DNA of 64,000 bases from Candidatus Hydrogenedentota bacterium (GTDB taxonomy: Bacteria; Hydrogenedentota; Hydrogenedentia; Hydrogenedentales; SLHB01). The DNA is taken from assembly GCA_963674865.2 (NCBI GenBank), contig CAXXYE010000002.1:64001-128000 (forward strand), given 5' to 3'. A program made the translations under genes and the position numbers. Every line of letters starts with the position of its first letter. Position 1 is the first letter of the stretch. The notes beneath the pieces were generated by a model. It had not been told where the DNA came from. It ran no database searches and was given only the letters and a program-made list of their open reading frames with translations. Below are positions 58,621 through 64,000 of the stretch, in pieces.

Positions 58621-58702
58621 GACCCGGACTCCAGCGGCCAGGTTTCACCTCCCGCCGTGCGGTTCCGGGACGTCTTGAAACCTTGCGCCTTCGAGCCGGG
58701 TC
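58621..58702. promoter_or_regulatory. twin divergent ECF-type promoters
   Basis: TGAAAC-N17-GGTC on the minus strand (58647-58621) and on the plus strand (58676-58702). Confidence 0.65.
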
Positions 58703-58850
58703 GTAAGGAGTAGAAGACGGCTCCTGGCTTGCCGGTCATTTTAGGCTAAGTGTTTGTATCACGTTGGCTTAATGAGCTTGCGCGGCCGCCCCGGCGCTCA
58801 GGCGGGCAAAGCCATGGTGTTGAGCGAAGCCGAAAAAACAGGCTCTAAAC

Positions 58851-59276
58851 ATGGGTACTCTTCTCGTTGTCATACTGTTCGTGGGCATAATCGTTACCAT
58901 TATCTACGGCATTCTCCGCTCCTTGCAGCGGGTCTGGTTGCACCACCGGCTCAAAATGGCGCTCTTGCAGAAGCTCGAAGCCACTCCGCACTTGCTCGAG
59001 TCCCCTGAGGCGGTTGAGGCATTGCTCGGCACGCTTACCGCGGACGCTGCGCCTCGGCGCGACCTTGTGATTACCGGCGCTTCTCTTGCGGCCATTGGCG
59101 TGGCCTGTCTCGTGCTGGGGAAGGCCATGGCTGTCGGACGATTGGCCGTGGGGCTCTACCTGGGTGGGTGGATCTGCATTCCGCTTGGCTTGTTCATGGG
59201 ATTTGCGGGCTGGATTGTGGGGCGTCTGACGGGAAGACAGGGCGCTCTTGCGGGGGGGAAGCGGCACGACGCCTGA
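58851..59276 (+). CDS. hypothetical three-TM membrane protein
   Basis: hydrophobic N-terminal helix, polar linker, two C-terminal helices; divergent from the ECF operon. Confidence 0.65.
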   Translation: MGTLLVVILFVGIIVTIIYGILRSLQRVWLHHRLKMALLQKLEATPHLLESPEAVEALLGTLTADAAPRRDLVITGASLAAIGVACLVLGKAMAVGRLAVGLYLGGWICIPLGLFMGFAGWIVGRLTGRQGALAGGKRHDA

Positions 59277-59304
59277 TGAGGGGGACGGCGGGGCGGAACG
59301 GCCC

Positions 59305-59640
59305 TTACGATACCAACGGGCCTACCACGTGGAACCAGGTCGCGATGACAGCGCCGAGCAGGGAGGTGACGAGGAACACTCTCGCAATGGATGCGGGCAG
59401 CCTCTCGGACGGCAAGGCTTTCAGCGTCAGGTACTGCACGAAGACGAGGGCGCAAAGGCAATAGGAATAGAGCGTCCTGAGCCCGCGGGCGGCTGCGCCG
59501 TCGAGGAAATGCAGGCCGATGCCGACAATCCACAGAGACACAACCAGGATCACCGAACAGGCGATCCACCTCAGGACCTTTCGGTAGTGCGGCGCCACGC
59601 TTGTGGTCGCATTGCACTTTGATACATCTAGCATGCCCAT
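59305..59640 (-). CDS. hypothetical small membrane protein
   Basis: three hydrophobic segments; RBS AAGGAG; upstream TTGCAC-16-TATAAT (59775-59748). Confidence 0.5.
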   Translation of the reverse strand: MGMLDVSKCNATTSVAPHYRKVLRWIACSVILVVSLWIVGIGLHFLDGAAARGLRTLYSYCLCALVFVQYLTLKALPSERLPASIARVFLVTSLLGAVIATWFHVVGPLVS

Positions 59641-59924
59641 GACGCTCCTTGCGTCCTCTCTCCTGCCATGGGCCCAACGACGTGGCCTACTTCCGGTTTG
59701 CCCGGAAGCATTCCGTCAACGCCCCACCCAAGCGCTAACTACCCTATATTATACACGGTCGGCGGCCAGGTGCAAACGCAACTTGCAGAAAACGAGCGCG
59801 CCTCTCATCCATTCCTAAAGAAGGCGTGGCAGAATTTCTTCGAGGCTGCGGGCTGCTGAGTAGACATGTGTTGCGTCTGTCTGAGCATCATTTTACTGCC
59901 CGCGATTGAGAAGGACTAGAGAAA

Positions 59925-60755
59925 ATGAAACAAGGTTATCTGATTGATATGGACGGCGTGATCTACCGAGGCAGTGAGATGATCCCCGGTGCTTTGGAGT
60001 TCGTGCACGGGCTTCGCTCCGCCAGTATCCCCTTTGTTTTCCTGACGAATAACAGCCAGCGGACGCAGCGGGATATTGTGGCCAAATTGCGGCGGATGGG
60101 ATTCGACGTAGACGAGAGCCACGTGTTCACCTGCGCCATGGCCACGGCGCGGTTTCTGGCGGAGCAGAAGCCGGATGGGACGGCCTATGTGATCGGCGAG
60201 GGCGGGCTCCTCAACGCCCTCCACGCCAAGGGCTACGCCATTGTGGATCACGATCCGGATTACGTTGTCGTGGGGGAGGGGCGCACCTTGAGTTTCGAGA
60301 TGATCGAGACGGCGGTGAACATGATTCTTAACGGCGCCCGGCTCATCGCCACCAACCTGGATGCCAGTTGCCCTACGCCAAGAGGTATTCGCCCGGGATG
60401 CGGCGCCGTGACGGCCCTGCTCGAAGCGGCCACGGGCGTCAAGGCGTTCAGCGTCGGCAAACCTAGTCCCATCATGCTGCGCGCCGCCCGCAAGGAACTC
60501 GGCCTGGTGGCCTCTGAGACGACGATCATCGGTGACACGATGGAGACGGATATCCTCGGCGGCGTCCAGATGGGCTATCGTACGGTGCTGGTTCTCTCCG
60601 GTGGCACGCGGCGCTCCGATGTACGCAAGTACGGCTACCAACCTGATGTGGTTATCGAGTCCATCGCCGAGATGAGCCTCGATGGCGAAATGGAAGCGGG
60701 GATGATGACGCTGGCGCTGCCGATGGGCCCCGTTCCGGCCAAGGCAGTTTCGTGA
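59925..60755 (+). CDS. nagD: HAD-IIA family hydrolase (NagD-like)
   Basis: IDMDGVIY, FLTNNS, ATNLD, GKPSP, IGDTMETDI. Confidence 0.88.
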   Translation: MKQGYLIDMDGVIYRGSEMIPGALEFVHGLRSASIPFVFLTNNSQRTQRDIVAKLRRMGFDVDESHVFTCAMATARFLAEQKPDGTAYVIGEGGLLNALHAKGYAIVDHDPDYVVVGEGRTLSFEMIETAVNMILNGARLIATNLDASCPTPRGIRPGCGAVTALLEAATGVKAFSVGKPSPIMLRAARKELGLVASETTIIGDTMETDILGGVQMGYRTVLVLSGGTRRSDVRKYGYQPDVVIESIAEMSLDGEMEAGMMTLALPMGPVPAKAVS

Positions 60756-60962
60756 AGTCAGGGAGGCTGCCGGAGTTGATCCGGTGCCCGAGCGCGTGCA
60801 AAGCGGCCCGCGAACTTGGCTCTTCCGTTACGAATTCATAACACAGTGACACGACTAGTGTTGCGGGATCCCCGATACCGCGCTAATGGTTCGCGATACG
60901 CCGTAATTGGCACCAACGCTGCACAAGCAACCGCACAATTCAGTCCCGTCTCCGCAATCTGT

Positions 60963-61715
60963 CTAGGCTGTATCGGACCGGCCGTACTTCTTGAAGAACT
61001 CCTCCTTTGAGCGTACAGCTAGTATCTCATCCGGACGGCAGTCCCTCCCGATATAACCTTCCGATGAAAAGATGTGGGCTTCAGGATTAACAGTTCTGTG
61101 ATAATGGCTGAGCAAGTCCATCCCGAATGACTGGCGGGAATGGACCTCGTTCGGGTCTATCATCACTTCGACGACGACAGGACTCCCAATCTGCTCGAGC
61201 CTTCCAGCAATGTCGGCATTGCTCCCATCATGCATGAAGGGCTTGAACACAGCTTCACCACCAAAGAAGCGAAAGAAGTTCTCCGTGCCCCGTCGCTCGT
61301 TCACAACCAGATAACGCGACATACAGAACCATATTCTCCCCTCTCGAAGTAAATCCTGCAAACTAGGGAAATACGCCTCCCACCCTTGCTCCAGTCTGTT
61401 TTTCTCATCGACGGTGAACCTATTGCCGAACTCCTCCAAGAACCTCTCGCGGTGTCTCTTCCCGTCGAGCACGCGTAGTCCTCGTGATTCAAAGAATCCT
61501 GCATATGGTTGTTTCGTGCAGTGGCAGGCAACGACACGATGCCTTCTAACGAAGGTGTCAAGAGCCTTAATACATTCAGAGAGTGACGAATTGTGCCTCA
61601 ATGAACCAAGGAACCTCTCCCCCTGAAGCATGGGCGTCGCCCGTCGCAGCCGTTCCAAGATCTCGCTTGGAATGATGCCCGGATTATCAAGCTCAATCAG
61701 CCTCTTCTCGACCAC
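60963..61715 (-). CDS. hypothetical protein, possible ADP-ribosyltransferase-like fold
   Basis: HCT...F...GL, IWFC, EGYI...PDEI pattern; co-oriented 33 bp downstream of hicB. Confidence 0.55.
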   Translation of the reverse strand: MVEKRLIELDNPGIIPSEILERLRRATPMLQGERFLGSLRHNSSLSECIKALDTFVRRHRVVACHCTKQPYAGFFESRGLRVLDGKRHRERFLEEFGNRFTVDEKNRLEQGWEAYFPSLQDLLREGRIWFCMSRYLVVNERRGTENFFRFFGGEAVFKPFMHDGSNADIAGRLEQIGSPVVVEVMIDPNEVHSRQSFGMDLLSHYHRTVNPEAHIFSSEGYIGRDCRPDEILAVRSKEEFFKKYGRSDTA

Positions 61716-61748
61716 GGAGTGTAGGTCCGACCTTCCTTATGGCTCTGG

Positions 61749-62141
61749 CTAATCCGCCGCCGCGATCCGGCTTCTCCCGAGGAAAGTGTTGCCGACAGGC
61801 GATTCTCTTCGCTCAACAGCCTCCTTCACGCCTTTCGCAACGAACTCGTTGAGACTGATTCCCTCTTCACGGGCGGCACGCGCCGCCTCGCGATGGAGTT
61901 CGGAGCCTATACGCACGTTGAAGCTACCCTTGAAGGGCTTCTCGGGCTTCTCTTTGAGTTCCTTGCACATATCAAGATAGCCGTCTACTGCATTCCGGAA
62001 CGACTCGCGCAACTCGTCTACGGTTTGTCCCTCGTAGCTCACGAGGTCGTTGATGAACTGGATTTTGCCAAAGAGGCAACCGTCTTCAATGCTGACCTCG
62101 ACAGAGCCAGTGTATCCTTTGTACTGCAAGGTCCTACTCAT
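61749..62141 (-). CDS. hicB: HicB-family antitoxin
   Basis: YKGYTGSV, G.I..INDLVSYEG, AVDGYL, KPFKGSFNVRI...LH...SLNEF (RHH). Confidence 0.92.
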   Translation of the reverse strand: MSRTLQYKGYTGSVEVSIEDGCLFGKIQFINDLVSYEGQTVDELRESFRNAVDGYLDMCKELKEKPEKPFKGSFNVRIGSELHREAARAAREEGISLNEFVAKGVKEAVERRESPVGNTFLGRSRIAAAD

Positions 62142-62143
62142 CG

Positions 62144-62392
62144 CTATAGGTCTCCGTTTTCCTCAAGGATGTCCAACGCCAGCCTGACCTGGTAAGATCT
62201 TAGTTCCTTTCGAGGGTGCGGTTCGTGAAGGAACAAGATGCGCCGCTTACCCTTCTTGAAGAAGCGCCTTCCAGAACCCTTGACGGCCATCACCTCGTAG
62301 CCCAGTGAGGCCATCATTCTTCCAAATTCATCCCAGGTGAAGTCTCTCGGTCTTGTCTTGAAGCGCTTGACGAGTTTCTTCCTACTCGACAT
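62144..62392 (-). CDS. hicA: HicA-family mRNA interferase toxin
   Basis: DFTWDE...LGY...GSGRRF...LHEPHP...L.SYQV; directly upstream of hicB. Confidence 0.88.
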   Translation of the reverse strand: MSSRKKLVKRFKTRPRDFTWDEFGRMMASLGYEVMAVKGSGRRFFKKGKRRILFLHEPHPRKELRSYQVRLALDILEENGDL

Positions 62393-62418
62393 AAGTTTAC
62401 CTTACAGACCCCGATTTG

Positions 62419-62437
62419 GCAACTAAATATCAGTTGC
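62419..62437. promoter_or_regulatory. palindromic operator upstream of hicA
   Basis: GCAACT-AAATATC-AGTTGC, 26 bp upstream of the hicA start. Confidence 0.6.
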
Positions 62438-62715
62438 AATGCGCCGAGAGTTAGACTGGCACAACTCGATTCCTCAAGAGAGGGACACAGAGTCCATTCT
62501 TGAAAAGCTTATCGACGCCACTTCGCCCTGGCGGAAAGGCAGCTTTGTGGTCGTATTCTTGCTCACCTATAAATATGCTATCAGGATGCCCCTTAGGATA
62601 GTCCGCGGCTCTTCCGCGTTTCAAGGAGAGTGCCGCCAGTGGCACTGGTTTTCGAGTCCCTTGTGCCTGGCACAAGTCCCCACGTGATTACCAGGACTCC
62701 TTACCCGCTGCTCGA

Positions 62716-63999
62716 TCAAGTTTTTGATTGTGAGGAAACCGCGCTGATTCTCGGTGGGCCTTCGACACGGGATGCCTCTACGGAGACGTTGCCGTGATCC
62801 CAGACGATGACGCCTGTGCCCATGCGCTTTAGCTTTACTTTGCCGCCGGGAACGCGAAGCGTTAGCGGCGCAGGCGGGCCGTAGTATCCGGCCACCCAGA
62901 GTTCTTCATCGGGATTGGCGCATATCCAGGCGGGATGTTTGCCGCATTGGAGGACGGCCCCGGCGGCTTCGAGCCGGCCGGAGGCGTTCTGCTGCGTTAG
63001 CGGTGAATCGAATGCCGGCCAGCCGAGGTCGCCGTCTTGGTTCCAGCGGCGCATGAGTTTCCAATGGACAAGGTCGATCTGGATTCCGAGTTTCCTGCCG
63101 CTCCTTGCGTACTCGACAGTCCAAAGGCGAGCCGCATCGTCCATATAGGCGGTGAAGGGGCTTTCAGCTTCGTCGTGAAGATTCCCGGAGGCGACGGCCT
63201 TGGCGAATTCGGGCGCGCTGGCGTAGTCGGCGCGTTTTGCGGCTTCGACGTAGAATCCGCACTGCGGCATGCCTTTCGAGAAGCGGCTCATGGGGTCGAT
63301 GCTTTGCGCTTGGCCCATCTCGCCTAGGTAGTTGTACATCTCCAGGATTAAGTTGTTCTCGACGACATTCAGCCGCATGGGCGCCTCGAATCCCATGTTG
63401 GTGCAGGTTAGGGGACGGATGGCAAACAGCACGTCTCCCATCTCCGTGACGGCGACATCATCGGGGCCGAAGGCCGCGGGGAAGGCCTCGACCTCATGAT
63501 CATTCACCCAGATGGCGTCCACGGAATCGCGTTGCGCCCAAATTAGCGTTCCTTTGGCGCTCGTGAATTTGTCGAGGCTGCACGGGGCGAGGCTCTTTGG
63601 ATACTCCGGCATGCGCGGCGCGTAGAGTCCAATGGCGCGGGGGCCGTCCTGTACGCCGTAGAACATGCCGCAGTCCCAGACGTCGGAGCGCTTCGAGCGA
63701 TCCGGTTCTGTTGTCGGATCGCCAAACCACGTGTCGTCAATCAGATAGCGCGCGAAGACGACGCCAGGTTCGTTGCGCCCCGGGATCGGATAGTGCAATG
63801 AGAAGACGTTGGTTTGGCGGCTGATCTCTCGCGAACCGGTGCCCATGGCGAATTCGGGCGTCACATAGGTGGTCATGCCGATGTCCCAATCCCGGATCAC
63901 GCCTTCGTCGAGTTGGAATACCGGCACGGCGTCGCTCCGGATACGCGTGATCCATGAAGGCAGCGCGTCGCACTGCACCCACCATTGGAGCATGGAGGC
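62716..63999 (-). CDS. hypothetical protein (5' end beyond window edge)
   Basis: >425-codon open frame with host-like codon usage, open to the window end; no family recognised. Confidence 0.7.
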   Translation of the reverse strand, partial: ASMLQWWVQCDALPSWITRIRSDAVPVFQLDEGVIRDWDIGMTTYVTPEFAMGTGSREISRQTNVFSLHYPIPGRNEPGVVFARYLIDDTWFGDPTTEPDRSKRSDVWDCGMFYGVQDGPRAIGLYAPRMPEYPKSLAPCSLDKFTSAKGTLIWAQRDSVDAIWVNDHEVEAFPAAFGPDDVAVTEMGDVLFAIRPLTCTNMGFEAPMRLNVVENNLILEMYNYLGEMGQAQSIDPMSRFSKGMPQCGFYVEAAKRADYASAPEFAKAVASGNLHDEAESPFTAYMDDAARLWTVEYARSGRKLGIQIDLVHWKLMRRWNQDGDLGWPAFDSPLTQQNASGRLEAAGAVLQCGKHPAWICANPDEELWVAGYYGPPAPLTLRVPGGKVKLKRMGTGVIVWDHGNVSVEASRVEGPPRISAVSSQSKT

Positions 64000-64000
64000 C

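Noticed and set aside
60756..62715. Prophage or integrative element around hicAB
   Set aside because: No integrase, tRNA target or flanking direct repeats were found; retained only as a small islet.

Overview
This is a GC-rich, Gram-negative-type bacterial chromosomal window; the lineage cannot be assigned from sequence alone. Left to right it holds: (1) the tail of a split dcw cluster (murF-mraY-murD-ftsW-murG), with a large insertion in MraY; (2) a TetR-led RND efflux operon with a damaged LysE gene and a MATE pump; (3) a CBM9-like protein and Na+/solute symporter divergent from a bifunctional fucokinase/GDP-fucose pyrophosphorylase; (4) a ~14 kb minus-strand Wzm/Wzt surface-polysaccharide cluster with an HpcH aldolase + CMP-ulosonate synthetase + 2-hydroxyacid dehydrogenase module and two DUF115/Maf-like transferases but no NeuB; (5) GH116, an RRM protein, an IS30 element, Nif3-like and GGQ release-factor-like genes; (6) an orphan two-gene unit of a degenerate PilB/GspE ATPase with tandem MshEN domains and a solenoid/propeller Ser/Thr kinase; (7) an ECF sigma module with twin back-to-back promoters; (8) a hicA-hicB pair followed by a putative ADP-ribosyltransferase-fold gene. 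The clearest sequence-level discovery is a 151-bp MITE (18-bp TIRs, 5-bp TSDs) inserted twice, at mirror-image positions, into a ~70-bp REP-like palindrome. An empty copy of that palindrome is also in the window, and the MITE carries a related palindrome inside. No rRNA, tRNA or CRISPR array was recognised. Family assignments are from motif recognition by eye, not database searches.
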